A stretch of 41,128 nt of DNA from an uncultured Clostridia bacterium (GCA_963558405.1 CAUWGC010000016.1:1-41128); one strand, 5' to 3'; shown: positions 1 to 10,590, counted from the stretch's first letter. Numbers and translations are program-made. The notes: generated from the letters alone by a model not told the origin.

Positions 1-2
1 GG

Positions 3-1157
3 AGTAATGGACAAGCAGAAGTGGAGATAATAGCAAAGCCAGGAGAAGGAGAAAGCTTGCAGTATCAAATAAATGGAACAAATGAAGGAAGTTGGCAAAA
101 TATAGCAAGTGGAAATAAAGTAAGTGGCTTACACCATAATGACGAGGTACATGCAAGACTATGGGATGGAAGTTCAGCAAGTGTGCAAAAAAGTAAAAAA
201 ATAGAAGATACCAAAGTACCAGAAGTAAGTATACAAGTAGGAAAAGTAACAGATAGTAGTATAGAAGTAACAGTACAAGCAGTAGAAAATGAAAGTGGAT
301 TACTAGATGTAGAAACATATGAATACTGCATAGGAGAACATGAAGCAGTAGATGGAAAATCAGTAAATAGTACGTATGAATATAAAAATGGATTGCAACC
401 AGAAACAGAGTATAAATTAACAGTAAAAGTAAGGGATAAAGCAGGAAATGAAGGAAAAGCGAGCATAAATCAAAGAACAGATAAAGTACAGTTACCAACA
501 ATAGAAACAACACTAAAAGAAGGAGATTATGTGTTGTATGAAGATGCAAATGGAGTACAACAAAAATGCATGGTACTATATGGACCTTATAGTGGTTATG
601 GAATACAAATAATAACAGAAAAGATAGTCGAAAAAGTAATACTAGGGAGTAGTGATTTTAATGAAAGTAAAGATTCATATAACAATGCAATAGCAACATT
701 AAATACAAAAGCAGACAAATATAGAAAAAAAGAAGATGGAATAGCAGAGATAGCAAGATGTGTAGGAAGTGTACCATATAATCCAAATTATGATGGACCA
801 GGAATGCACACAACAATGTTCGGAGGAATCTATAGTGGTAAATTGAAAGAGAAAGATAAAAATTACAAAACAGATTATGATCAAATGAGTGCTTTAGGGA
901 TAAATGATATAGGACAGTTTTATTGGTTGGCTTCACGTCATGTGGATTCAATTTCAGGTTACAGTGACTTTTATGTGCGCTATTTGATGGGTAATGGAGA
1001 GTTACATTATAGTAATGTGTGTGCTGTGTATTCTGATGGTCGCACGAAATCACATAGCGACGAGTATGGGCTACGTATTGTAATTCATCTAAAATCTGGA
1101 ATAAAAGTTATAGAAGGTGATGGTAATTGGGGAAGACCATATATATTGGCACCTTAG
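3..1157 (+). CDS. 5'-truncated large surface protein with an Fn3-like domain and a C-terminal YWLASR...YGLR domain
   Basis: Frame is open to the window edge. GLQPETEYKLTVKVRDKAGN is an Fn3-like signature. C-terminus FYWLASR...YGLRIVIHL resembles lectin-like domains of Firmicute surface proteins. Confidence 0.6.
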   Translation, partial: SNGQAEVEIIAKPGEGESLQYQINGTNEGSWQNIASGNKVSGLHHNDEVHARLWDGSSASVQKSKKIEDTKVPEVSIQVGKVTDSSIEVTVQAVENESGLLDVETYEYCIGEHEAVDGKSVNSTYEYKNGLQPETEYKLTVKVRDKAGNEGKASINQRTDKVQLPTIETTLKEGDYVLYEDANGVQQKCMVLYGPYSGYGIQIITEKIVEKVILGSSDFNESKDSYNNAIATLNTKADKYRKKEDGIAEIARCVGSVPYNPNYDGPGMHTTMFGGIYSGKLKEKDKNYKTDYDQMSALGINDIGQFYWLASRHVDSISGYSDFYVRYLMGNGELHYSNVCAVYSDGRTKSHSDEYGLRIVIHLKSGIKVIEGDGNWGRPYILAP

Positions 1158-1258
1158 TTTATTTACGTGTATGAAAATTTTTATTTTCCCTAGTATCAAC
1201 ACAAAAAATATGATATAATACTTATGTTAAAATATCCTAAAGGGGAGATATTACAGTA

Positions 1259-4200
1259 ATGAATGCTATTTTAGAAGAAATGGTGGATAATGATAAAATT
1301 AAAAGTTATCTATCTTATATAAAAAATAAAAAGGGCCCGGTAGTTGTATCGGGCTTATCTGACGTGGCTGTTTTAGGTCTTTGTGCTTTAAGTAGAGAGG
1401 AACTAAAGCGTCCGATTTGTATTATTACATATAACGAAATTCAAGCTAAAAATAAAATAAAGGATTTATCATATTATTTGGATAAAATTGAATATTTTCC
1501 TAAAAAGGAAATAGTAACTTATGATTATGTTGTTGAAAGTAAAGATTTGCCATATGCTAGGATGGATATATTAAATAACATTAATGATAAAAAAAGTAAT
1601 GTCATTGTTACTACTGCAGAAGCCGTTATGCAAAAGATGATTTCTAGAGATGTTTTATTTTCATCTTGCTTAGAAATTGAAGTTGGTAATGAGTATAATA
1701 TTTCTAATTTAAAAGAAAAATTAATAGCAATGGGGTATGAGAGAACAGATTTAGCTGAGTCAAGGGGCAATTTTAGTGTTCGTGGTGGGATACTAGATAT
1801 TGCTATTTCTGAAAATAAAGGTGTTCGTATTGAGTTTTGGGGAGATGAAGTTGATTCTATTCGTTATTTTAACTTATCTAGTCAAAGATCAATAGAAATG
1901 ATTCAAAAAATAAAAATTAATCCATCACATGAATTTTTACTAGAGTTATCGAGAGAAGATGTTGTTACTAAATTAAAAGAAAAAAAGTTAATAGGTAAAC
2001 AGGATGAGATTTTACAAAATGATATTGAAACAATAAAAGAAGGAAATTATTTAAGTAAAATTGATAAATATTTTTCTGACTTTTATACTAAAACAGAAAC
2101 TTTTCTAGATTATTTAGAAAATGATTTTATTATATTTTTAGATGAACCTGTAAAAATAGAAAATCGTGTGGAAAATATATTAAAAGATAATCAAACTTTA
2201 TTACAAATGCTAATTGATAAAGAAAAAATAATTCCAGATAGCTTAAATTTACTAGAAAACTATAATGCTATTTTATCACATTTAGAAAAAAATCAAGTTG
2301 TTTATTTAGAAAGTCAAGATATCAGAAAAGATAAAGAAAATACTTTTTCTTTTAAATGTAGAGAAGTTAATTATTATAAAACAAGTATGGAACTATTTTT
2401 TGACGAATTAAAAGAAGCAACTAGTAAAAATAAAAAGGTTGTTGTACTAGGAGGAGTTGAAGCTAATACAAAGAAAATAGCAACAATGCTTTATGAAAAG
2501 GAAATTCCACATAAACTTGTAAGTGAATTAAAAAAAGAAGATATACAAAAAGGAAAAGTTATAGTAGCACCAGGACGTTTTTCTGCTGGATTTGAAATAG
2601 CAGATTTTAATCTTTTAATTATTACAGGTGAGGAACTTTCTGGAGAAGGAGTTAAAAAGAAGAGAAAGGCAAGTTCAGCATTTAAAGAAGCGGAAAAGGT
2701 TGTATATTCAGATTTAAAAATTGGTGATTATGTTGTGCATAAGACTAATGGTATTGGTCAATTTGTTGGTATTACAACTATTTCTGCTGATGGAAGTACA
2801 AAAGACTATATAAAACTTCGTTATCAAAATGATGGTATTTTATATGTTCCAACCAATAGTTTAGATACTGTTCGTAAATATATTGGTGGTGGAGAAGCTG
2901 AGCCAAAGCTTAATAAATTAGGAAGTAAAGAGTGGTCAAATACAACAGCAAGAGTTAAGAAAAATTTAAGAGCAGTTGCAAAAGATTTAATAGAGTTATA
3001 TGCTAAAAGGCAAAAAATAAAAGGATATGCTTTTTCTAAAGATAACGAATGGCAAAGACAATTTGAGGATAGTTTTCCATATTCAGAAACAGATGATCAA
3101 TTACGTTGTATAGAAGAAGTAAAAAAAGATATGGAAGAACCAAAACCAATGGATAGACTTCTTTGTGGTGATGTTGGATATGGAAAAACAGAGGTAGCAA
3201 TAAGAGCGGCATTTAAAGCTTGTTTAGACCAAAAACAAGTTGCATATTTAGTACCAACTACTGTTTTAGCAGACCAACAATATGAATCTTTTAAACAAAG
3301 AATGGAAGAGTTTCCAATTAGAGTAGAAGTTTTAAATCGTTTTAAAACTAAAAAAGAACAAGAACAAATTATAAAAAAGATAAAATTAGGTGAAATAGAT
3401 GTTATTGTTGGAACACATCGTTTATTAAGTCAGGATGTAGAGTTTAAAGATTTAGGATTACTTATAATAGATGAGGAACATAGATTTGGAGTAAAAGCAA
3501 AAGAAAAAATAAAAAAATTAAAAGAGACAGTTGATGTTTTAACAATGACTGCAACTCCAATACCAAGAACACTTCATATGTCTATTGTAGGTGTGAGAGA
3601 TATGTCTGTTATATATGAACCACCACAAAATAGAAAACCTGTACAAACTTATGTATTAGAATATGACGAAGAAGTAATAAAAGAAGCAATTACAAAAGAG
3701 TTAGAACGTGATGGTCAAGTATTTTATTTGTTCAATAATGTAGAAGGAATAGAAAGAAAAGCAGATAATGTTAGTAAATTAGTTCCAGAAGCAAAAGTTG
3801 GTTTTGCACATGGAAAAATGACAGGAAAAGAATTAGAAGACATCATGCTTAGCTTTATAAATAAAGAAATAAATGTTTTAGTGTGTACAACAATATTAGA
3901 GTCTGGAATAGACATTCCAAATGCAAATACTATTATTGTAGAAAATGCAGATAGATTAGGTCTAGCTCAGTTATACCAAATAAGAGGAAGAGTAGGAAGA
4001 GCAGATAGGCAAGCTTATGCATATGTAACATATAAAAGAGATAAATTATTATCGGAAATTGCAGATAAAAGATTAAAAGCAATTAAAGAGTTTACTGAAT
4101 TTGGTTCTGGTTTTAAAATAGCAATGAGAGACCTAGAAATAAGAGGAGCAGGAAGTCTTTTAGGTGAAATACAACATGGTCATATGGAAGATGTAGGATA

Positions 4201-4741
4201 TGATACATATTGTAAGTTACTAGATGAAGTAGTAAAAGAAATGCAAGGAATTGAAGTAGAAGAAGAAAAAGATGTACAAATTGACTTAAATGTTTCTAGT
4301 TTTATTCCAGATACATATATTGAAAATGGTAGTCAAAAGATTGAAATTTACCAAGAAATAGCAATATGTCGTACAGAAGAGGATATAAGAAATATTGTAG
4401 ATGAGATGATAGATAGATATGGTACATTACCAGAAGAAGTGGAAAATCTACTTGATATAGCTAGAATAAAGGAATTATGCAAAAAGAATAATATTGTAAA
4501 ATTAACACAAAAAATAAATGGTATTGTATTTTATATAAATCAAAATAACTTCAATGTGGATATTGTATCTGATATGGTAAAACAATACGGTAATAAAATC
4601 AGATTTTCACCAGGAAAAGATCCATATTTTACATTAAAAATAGAATCTACATCAGATAAAAAAAATCTAGAAGAAATAAAAGAATTTTTAACTAATTTAT
4701 TAAATATACACAAGCAAATAAATTTAAATAAAAATAGCTAA
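1259..4741 (+). CDS. mfd: Transcription-repair coupling factor Mfd
   Basis: 1160 aa; UvrB-like N-terminus, RID region (GDYVVHKTNGIG), helicase motifs CGDVGYGKT, DEEHRFG, TATPIPRT, QIRGRVGR, TRG motif RDLEIRGAG. Confidence 0.98.
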   Translation: MNAILEEMVDNDKIKSYLSYIKNKKGPVVVSGLSDVAVLGLCALSREELKRPICIITYNEIQAKNKIKDLSYYLDKIEYFPKKEIVTYDYVVESKDLPYARMDILNNINDKKSNVIVTTAEAVMQKMISRDVLFSSCLEIEVGNEYNISNLKEKLIAMGYERTDLAESRGNFSVRGGILDIAISENKGVRIEFWGDEVDSIRYFNLSSQRSIEMIQKIKINPSHEFLLELSREDVVTKLKEKKLIGKQDEILQNDIETIKEGNYLSKIDKYFSDFYTKTETFLDYLENDFIIFLDEPVKIENRVENILKDNQTLLQMLIDKEKIIPDSLNLLENYNAILSHLEKNQVVYLESQDIRKDKENTFSFKCREVNYYKTSMELFFDELKEATSKNKKVVVLGGVEANTKKIATMLYEKEIPHKLVSELKKEDIQKGKVIVAPGRFSAGFEIADFNLLIITGEELSGEGVKKKRKASSAFKEAEKVVYSDLKIGDYVVHKTNGIGQFVGITTISADGSTKDYIKLRYQNDGILYVPTNSLDTVRKYIGGGEAEPKLNKLGSKEWSNTTARVKKNLRAVAKDLIELYAKRQKIKGYAFSKDNEWQRQFEDSFPYSETDDQLRCIEEVKKDMEEPKPMDRLLCGDVGYGKTEVAIRAAFKACLDQKQVAYLVPTTVLADQQYESFKQRMEEFPIRVEVLNRFKTKKEQEQIIKKIKLGEIDVIVGTHRLLSQDVEFKDLGLLIIDEEHRFGVKAKEKIKKLKETVDVLTMTATPIPRTLHMSIVGVRDMSVIYEPPQNRKPVQTYVLEYDEEVIKEAITKELERDGQVFYLFNNVEGIERKADNVSKLVPEAKVGFAHGKMTGKELEDIMLSFINKEINVLVCTTILESGIDIPNANTIIVENADRLGLAQLYQIRGRVGRADRQAYAYVTYKRDKLLSEIADKRLKAIKEFTEFGSGFKIAMRDLEIRGAGSLLGEIQHGHMEDVGYDTYCKLLDEVVKEMQGIEVEEEKDVQIDLNVSSFIPDTYIENGSQKIEIYQEIAICRTEEDIRNIVDEMIDRYGTLPEEVENLLDIARIKELCKKNNIVKLTQKINGIVFYINQNNFNVDIVSDMVKQYGNKIRFSPGKDPYFTLKIESTSDKKNLEEIKEFLTNLLNIHKQINLNKNS

Positions 4742-4829
4742 ATAAAATTATATAAAACTGGATAAAATAAATTAGAAATTTAAAGGGTATCATTATAAAA
4801 TAAATTAAAAAGTAGAAAGGAGGAGCAAT

Positions 4830-5621
4830 ATGCAAGTAATAACTAGTAAAGATAACGAAACTATAAAATATATAAAAAGATTAAAAGAAAAAAAATACAG
4901 AGATGAAACAAAAGAATATATTATAGAAGGAATAAAATTATTACAAGAGGCAATACAAGAAAAGGTAAATATAAAAACTATTGTAGTATGTGAAGACTGT
5001 GAAGGAAATTCTGGTATAGAGCAAAGTATGTTATATGAAATTGCAAAATATAAATGTATATATGTATCCAAAAAAGTTTTTACATCTATTAGTGAAGTTG
5101 CAACTCCACAAGGTGTTCTAGCAGTAGTAGAAAAAGGGGATAATAATGAAAATATAGATTATACAGAAGATATTATTATTGCACTAGATGGAATTTCTGA
5201 CCCGGGAAATTTAGGTACAATTTTAAGAACTGTAGATAGTATAGGATTAAAACAAATAATTGTATCAAAAGAAACAGCAGATAGTTATAATCCAAAGGTT
5301 GTTCGTTCTACAATGGGAGCAATTTTTAGACTTAATATTATAACATCAGAAAATTTAGCAAAAACTCTAAAAGAAATACAAAAACATAAATTTGAAGTTA
5401 TAGCAACTTCACTACAAACAAATGAGAGTATTTATGATATAAAATATAAGAAAAAAGTAATAGTAATAGGAAATGAAGCAAATGGTGTTTCAAAAGAGGT
5501 AATAGAATTAGCAGACAAAAAAGTAAAAATACCAATGTTAGGAAGAACAGAAAGTTTAAATGCTTCAGTCGCAACAGGAATTATGCTATATGAATATGTA
5601 AGACAAAAGGTAACAAAATAA
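4830..5621 (+). CDS. TrmH/SpoU-family RNA 2'-O-methyltransferase
   Basis: DPGNLGTILRT, IGNEANGVS and IPMLGRTESLNASVA SPOUT motifs; RBS AAGGAGG. Confidence 0.93.
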   Translation: MQVITSKDNETIKYIKRLKEKKYRDETKEYIIEGIKLLQEAIQEKVNIKTIVVCEDCEGNSGIEQSMLYEIAKYKCIYVSKKVFTSISEVATPQGVLAVVEKGDNNENIDYTEDIIIALDGISDPGNLGTILRTVDSIGLKQIIVSKETADSYNPKVVRSTMGAIFRLNIITSENLAKTLKEIQKHKFEVIATSLQTNESIYDIKYKKKVIVIGNEANGVSKEVIELADKKVKIPMLGRTESLNASVATGIMLYEYVRQKVTK

Positions 5622-5626
5622 TAATA

Positions 5627-5660
5627 AAAAAGAAAGCAGAATTATTACTGCTTTCTTTTT
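5627..5660. terminator. Bidirectional intrinsic terminator
   Basis: AAAAAGAAAGCAG-aattatta-CTGCTTTCTTTTT inverted repeat between convergent genes. Confidence 0.85.
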
Positions 5661-5721
5661 AGATATAAGAAAATAATAAGCTTAGCTGATTAAAAAACAT
5701 TTGTAAATTTATATAAATTTA

Positions 5722-7113
5722 TTAAAATTCGCAGTTTTTTGGTGTTCTAGGGAATGGTATTACATCACGGATGTTTTGCATACCAGTTAAGTACATAAGC
5801 ATTCTTTCAAATCCTAGACCAAATCCAGCGTGTGGAGCACTACCAAATCTTCTTAAATCTAGGTACCACCAATATTCTTCTTCTGGCATTCCTAGTTCTT
5901 TCATTCTGTTTTGTAGTAGTTCTAAGTTATCTTCTCTTTGGCTTCCTCCAATAATTTCTCCAATACCAGGAACTAATAGGTCAGTTGCTGCTACGGTTTT
6001 TCCATCATCATTTTGCTTCATGTAAAAAGCTTTTATATCTTTTGGATAATCTGTTACAAAAACAGGTTTTCCAAATATTTTTTCACTTAAAAATCTTTCA
6101 TGTTCTGTTTGAATATCAGTACCCCAAGAAACTTTATATTCAAACTCGTCATTATGTTTTTCTAATTCCTTAATTGCATCTGTATAAGTAATTCTACCAA
6201 AGTCAGAGCTTACTATATTTTCTAATCTTTTTGTTAATTCTGTATCAATATATTTATTAAAGAATAACATTTCTTCTGGTGCATTTGCAAAAGTATCTTT
6301 AATAATATATTTTATCATATCTTCTGCTAAGGCTATATCGTCATTTAAGTCTGCAAAGCACATTTCTGGTTCTACCATCCAAAATTCTGCAGCATGTTTT
6401 ACTGTATTAGAATTTTCTGCACGGAATGTTGGACCAAATGTATATACATTTCTAAAAGCAAAAGCATAGTTTTCTGCATCAAGCTGACCACTTACAGTTA
6501 AATGTGCAGGTTTTCCAAAAAAGTCTTTTGCAAAATCTACTTTTTTATCTTTATTTTTAGGAACATTTTTTAAATTAAAGTTTGTTACATTAAACATTTC
6601 GCCAGCACCTTCTGCATCAGAAGAAGTGATTATAGGTGTATGAACATATACAAATCCTCTTTCTTGAAAAAATTTGTGAATAGCAAATGCAAGCACACTT
6701 CTTGTACGAAATACTGCATTAAAAGTGTTAGTTCTTGGACGTAAATGAGAAATTGTTCGTAAATATTCAAAAGAATGTCTTTTCTTTTGAAGTGGAAAGT
6801 CTAATGAACATTGATTTAAGATTTTTATTTCTTTTGCTTTTATCTCAAATGGCTGTTTTGCTCCTTCGGTAATAACCACATTACCACAAACAACAATTGA
6901 TGAGCCAATAGAAAGTTTGCAAATAGCATTAAAATTTTCTAATGTATTATCAAATACAATTTGAACATTATTAAAGAAAGATCCGTCGTTTATTTCTATA
7001 AATCCAAATGTTTTAGAATCACGAACGGTTTTTACCCAGCCAGATACTTCTACATCTTTATCAGAATATGAATCTAGCTCACGGTATAATTTTTTTACAG
7101 TTACTTTTTCCAT
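5722..7113 (-). CDS. asnS: Asparagine--tRNA ligase
   Basis: OB-fold N-terminus (FIEINDGS), [35 protein letters not shown]. Confidence 0.97.
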   Translation of the reverse strand: MEKVTVKKLYRELDSYSDKDVEVSGWVKTVRDSKTFGFIEINDGSFFNNVQIVFDNTLENFNAICKLSIGSSIVVCGNVVITEGAKQPFEIKAKEIKILNQCSLDFPLQKKRHSFEYLRTISHLRPRTNTFNAVFRTRSVLAFAIHKFFQERGFVYVHTPIITSSDAEGAGEMFNVTNFNLKNVPKNKDKKVDFAKDFFGKPAHLTVSGQLDAENYAFAFRNVYTFGPTFRAENSNTVKHAAEFWMVEPEMCFADLNDDIALAEDMIKYIIKDTFANAPEEMLFFNKYIDTELTKRLENIVSSDFGRITYTDAIKELEKHNDEFEYKVSWGTDIQTEHERFLSEKIFGKPVFVTDYPKDIKAFYMKQNDDGKTVAATDLLVPGIGEIIGGSQREDNLELLQNRMKELGMPEEEYWWYLDLRRFGSAPHAGFGLGFERMLMYLTGMQNIRDVIPFPRTPKNCEF

Positions 7114-7165
7114 GATAATTCCTCCCTATAGTCTAACAAGAAATATTATTTTAAATATACAAATT

Positions 7166-7240
7166 ATTATACCCAAATATTTATGCAAAATCAATATTTT
7201 TCCAGAAAAACTTGATTATTCCTTAATTTTGAAGTAAAAT
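7166..7240. promoter_or_regulatory. Back-to-back sigma-A promoters for asnS and aspS
   Basis: Minus strand TTGATT(7194-7189)-17-TATAAT(7171-7166); plus strand TTGATT(7212-7217)-17-TAAAAT(7235-7240). Confidence 0.65.
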
Positions 7241-7272
7241 AGAAACATCCTAAAAAAAAAGGGGGAAAACTT

Positions 7273-9033
7273 ATGCACGAATATCGTACAAATAATTGCG
7301 GAGAATTAAGAAAAGAAAATATTGGTCAGGAAGTTAAACTTGCTGGATGGGTTCAAAAAATTCGTAACCTTGGTGCTATGAAATTTATTGATTTAAGAGA
7401 TCAATTTGGAATTACACAAGTAGTAGTAGCAAATAACGAAGAGTTAGAAAAAATTGCAAATGAACTAGTTACTGAAACTTGTATTAGTGTACTAGGAAAT
7501 GTTGTTGAAAGAGCTAACAAAAATCCAAAAGTTTTAACAGGAGATATTGAACTAGAAGCAAAAGAAATTAAAATTTTAGGAAAATGTAAAAGTGTATTAC
7601 CATTTGAAATAAATTCAGATAATTCAAATGTAAGAGAAGATTTAAGATTAGAGTATAGATTTTTAGATTTGAGAAATGATAGAATTCATAAAAATATTTT
7701 ATTAAGAGCTCAAATAATAAAAACAATACGTAGCCGTATGGATGAATTAGGATTTTGTGAGATACAAACACCTATACTTGCAAATTCTTCACCAGAGGGT
7801 GCAAGGGACTTTTTAGTACCAAGTAGACTTCATCCAGGAGAATTTTATGCATTACCACAAGCACCACAACAATTTAAACAATTGTTAATGGTATCTGGAT
7901 TTAATGGATATTATCAAATTGCTCCATGTTTTAGAGATGAAGATCCAAGAGCAGACCGTTCACCAGGAGAATTTTATCAATTAGACTTTGAAATGAGTTT
8001 TGCAACACAAGAAGATGTGTTTAGAGTACTAGAAGATGTAATTCCATATACTTTCCGTAAACATACAAATTGGAAAATTGATGAGGGACCTTTTGAAAGA
8101 ATACCATATAAAGTTGCAATGGAAAAATACGGTAGTGATAAGCCAGATTTAAGAAATCCACTTATTATTAAAGATGTAACAGACATTATGCAAGATTCAG
8201 AGTTTGAAGCATTTAAAGGAAAAATAATAAAAGCAATTGCAGTTCCAAATGGTGCAGATTCATCACGTAAATTCTTTGATGAAATGACTGAATTTGCAAA
8301 AGAAGAATTAGGAGCAAAAGGACTAGCATGGGTAAAAGTTGACAATGAAAAAGTTTTTGCAGGTGGAATTTCTAAGTATATAAAACCAGAGCTACAAAAT
8401 AAACTATTAGAAAATATAGCAAATCCAGGAGATTCTATTTTCTTTATAGCAGGGGAAGAACTAGAACCAGTTCAAAAAATGTCTGGAGCAATCCGTATAG
8501 AACTTGGAAAACGTTTAGATTTATTAGAAAAAGAAACTTATCGTTTCTGTTTAATAGTAGATTTCCCAATGTATGAATTATCAGATGATGGAAAAATAGA
8601 TTTCAACCATAATCCATTTTCTATGCCACAAGGTGGTATGAAGGCTTTAGAAGAAAAAAATCCTTTAGAAATATATGCTTATCAATATGATGTAGTATGT
8701 AACGGATATGAAATTGCATCTGGTGCAGTTAGAAACCATGATCCAGAATTAATGGTAAAAGCTTTTGAAATTGCAGGATACAGTGAAGAAGATGTTAAAA
8801 CAAAATTTGGAGCATTATACAATGCATTCCAATATGGAACACCACCACATGCAGGAGCAGCTCCAGGATTAGATAGAATTATTATGCTAATTGCTAATGA
8901 AGATAATATTCGTGAAGTTATTGCATTCCCAAAAAATAAAAAAGCAAGAGATTTAATGATGAGAGCACCAAGTAAAGTTACAGAAGAACAATTAAGAGAT
9001 GTTCACATTAAATTAGACCTTGAGAAGGAGTAA
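7273..9033 (+). CDS. aspS: Aspartate--tRNA ligase
   Basis: SPEGARDFLVPSR, ALPQAPQQFKQLLM, CFRDEDPRADR, PPHAGAAPGLDR; GAD insertion present. Confidence 0.98.
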   Translation: MHEYRTNNCGELRKENIGQEVKLAGWVQKIRNLGAMKFIDLRDQFGITQVVVANNEELEKIANELVTETCISVLGNVVERANKNPKVLTGDIELEAKEIKILGKCKSVLPFEINSDNSNVREDLRLEYRFLDLRNDRIHKNILLRAQIIKTIRSRMDELGFCEIQTPILANSSPEGARDFLVPSRLHPGEFYALPQAPQQFKQLLMVSGFNGYYQIAPCFRDEDPRADRSPGEFYQLDFEMSFATQEDVFRVLEDVIPYTFRKHTNWKIDEGPFERIPYKVAMEKYGSDKPDLRNPLIIKDVTDIMQDSEFEAFKGKIIKAIAVPNGADSSRKFFDEMTEFAKEELGAKGLAWVKVDNEKVFAGGISKYIKPELQNKLLENIANPGDSIFFIAGEELEPVQKMSGAIRIELGKRLDLLEKETYRFCLIVDFPMYELSDDGKIDFNHNPFSMPQGGMKALEEKNPLEIYAYQYDVVCNGYEIASGAVRNHDPELMVKAFEIAGYSEEDVKTKFGALYNAFQYGTPPHAGAAPGLDRIIMLIANEDNIREVIAFPKNKKARDLMMRAPSKVTEEQLRDVHIKLDLEKE

Positions 9034-9035
9034 AA

Positions 9036-9299
9036 ATGAAATATTGTTATAAACCAACAGGGGTATGTTCAAAAGAGATGATGATAGAAATAGAAAATAA
9101 TATTATCCAAAAAGTAACTATTGTAGGTGGATGCGATGGAAACAGTAAGGGAATTTGTAGTTTACTTAAAGGAATGACAATAGAAGATGCAATAAAAAGA
9201 CTAAAAGGAATTGACTGCAGAGGTAGAGGAACTTCATGCCCAGACCAATTAGCAATAGGTTTAGAACAAATAAGAATAAAAAAGAAAGACGTAGAATAG
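9036..9299 (+). CDS. TSCPD-domain protein (TIGR03905-like)
   Basis: GVCS, GGCDGN and GIDCRGRGTSCPDQLA motifs. Confidence 0.85.
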   Translation: MKYCYKPTGVCSKEMMIEIENNIIQKVTIVGGCDGNSKGICSLLKGMTIEDAIKRLKGIDCRGRGTSCPDQLAIGLEQIRIKKKDVE

Positions 9300-9313
9300 A
9301 CTACGTCTTTTTT
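9285..9313 (+). terminator. Terminator-like hairpin overlapping the stop codon, just upstream of the mnmA RBS
   Basis: AAAGACGTAG-aataga-CTACGTCTTT followed by TTT. Confidence 0.6.
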
Positions 9314-9327
9314 GGAAAAGAGGATAT

Positions 9328-10380
9328 ATGGATAATAAAAAGGTACTAGTTGGAATAAGTGGAGGTGTTGACAGTAGTGTTTCGGCATTATTGTTAAAAA
9401 ATAATGGTTATGATGTAATTGGAGCTACAATGAGATTATGTGCTGACAATGAGAACAGTAACAAAACACTAGAGGATGCAAAAAATATTTGTAATATTTT
9501 AAATATTCCTTTTTATGAGCTTGATTGCGAAAAGGAATTTGAAAATTTGGTAATAGATAATTTTGAAGAAGAATATAAAGAAGCTAGAACACCAAATCCT
9601 TGTGTTAAATGCAATAAATATTTAAAATTTGGATATTTTTTAGAAATAGCAAAAAAATTAGGGTGCAGTTATGTAGCAACAGGTCATTACGTTAGAACTG
9701 GGTATAATGATAAATATGAACAGGTAGTATTAAAAAAAGCTCCAACTACAAAAGATCAAAGCTATTTTTTGTATGCCATACCAAAAGAAGTAATATCAAT
9801 GCTTGTGTTTCCTTTGCAAGATTACACAAGTAAAGATGAAATTAGAAAAATAGCTGAAGAAAATAAATTACCGGTAGCTAAAAAGAAAGATAGTCAAGAA
9901 ATATGTTTTATACCAGATGGAAATTATGGTGCATATTTACAAAAAAGAGGGATAAACACATTCAAAAAAGGTGAATTTGTATTAAAAGATGGTACAAAAA
10001 TGGGAGAACATAAAGGACTTATATATTATACAATAGGACAAAGAAAAGGGCTTGGAATTTCGTACAAAGAACCACTTTATGTAATAGAGTTAAATAAAAA
10101 AGAAAACAAAGTAGTATTAGGTACAGAAAAGGAATTATATAAAAAAGAATTTACAATATCTGACATTAATCTTTTAGTAGAAAAAGAAAAATTCTTACAA
10201 TGCGATAATATTACAGTTAAAATAAGATATAGAGCAAAAGAAGCTAAATGCAAAATAGAAATGTTATCAGATGAAGAAATAAAAGTAATATTAGATGAAC
10301 CACAAAAAAGTATTACACCAGGTCAATCTGCTGTATTTTATGATGGTGATATTGTACTTGGTGGAGGAATTATTAATTAA
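9328..10380 (+). CDS. mnmA: tRNA 2-thiouridine(34) synthase MnmA
   Basis: SGGVDS, TPNPCVKCN, ATGHY, KDQSYFL, DSQEICF, YTIGQRKGL, TPGQSAVFY. Confidence 0.97.
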   Translation: MDNKKVLVGISGGVDSSVSALLLKNNGYDVIGATMRLCADNENSNKTLEDAKNICNILNIPFYELDCEKEFENLVIDNFEEEYKEARTPNPCVKCNKYLKFGYFLEIAKKLGCSYVATGHYVRTGYNDKYEQVVLKKAPTTKDQSYFLYAIPKEVISMLVFPLQDYTSKDEIRKIAEENKLPVAKKKDSQEICFIPDGNYGAYLQKRGINTFKKGEFVLKDGTKMGEHKGLIYYTIGQRKGLGISYKEPLYVIELNKKENKVVLGTEKELYKKEFTISDINLLVEKEKFLQCDNITVKIRYRAKEAKCKIEMLSDEEIKVILDEPQKSITPGQSAVFYDGDIVLGGGIIN

Positions 10381-10413
10381 AAAAAGAGGAACCGAATTTG
10401 GTTCCTCTCTTTT
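10381..10413. terminator. Bidirectional intrinsic terminator
   Basis: GAGGAACC-gaattt-GGTTCCTC stem flanked by A and T runs. Confidence 0.8.
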
Positions 10414-10419
10414 GGATGA

Positions 10420-10590
10420 TTACCGCTCGCTAGCGGTATTGGTTACACAATTGGATAAACATCCGTCACACGCATCAATCATAAAGTATTCGCAGGACGA
10501 ATACTCTAAACACTTATCATCATCGCCTTCCTTAAATGTTGTTGGTTGAATAGGGTTTGTTCTTTCTTTTTGCTGTGTGTTTTTCATCAT
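10420..10590 (-). CDS. Putative 56-aa Cys-rich small protein (not in the ORF track)
   Basis: MMKNTQQKERTNPIQPTTFKEGDDDKCLEYSSCEYFMIDACDGCLSNCVTNTASER*; RBS GAAAGGA, near-consensus promoter upstream, terminator directly downstream. Confidence 0.55.
   Translation of the reverse strand: MMKNTQQKERTNPIQPTTFKEGDDDKCLEYSSCEYFMIDACDGCLSNCVTNTASER

Noticed and set aside
65-8345. Short ORF-track entries overlapping real genes (e.g. 65-466, 658-1053, 1525-1770, 4805-5071, 5771-6025, 7977-8345) and similar ones later
   Set aside because: Antisense shadows of purine-rich coding strands, with no RBS or recognisable motif.
10295-10549. 84-aa plus-strand ORF
   Set aside because: Overlaps mnmA, crosses a terminator and has no RBS; expression signals favour the minus-strand small ORF.
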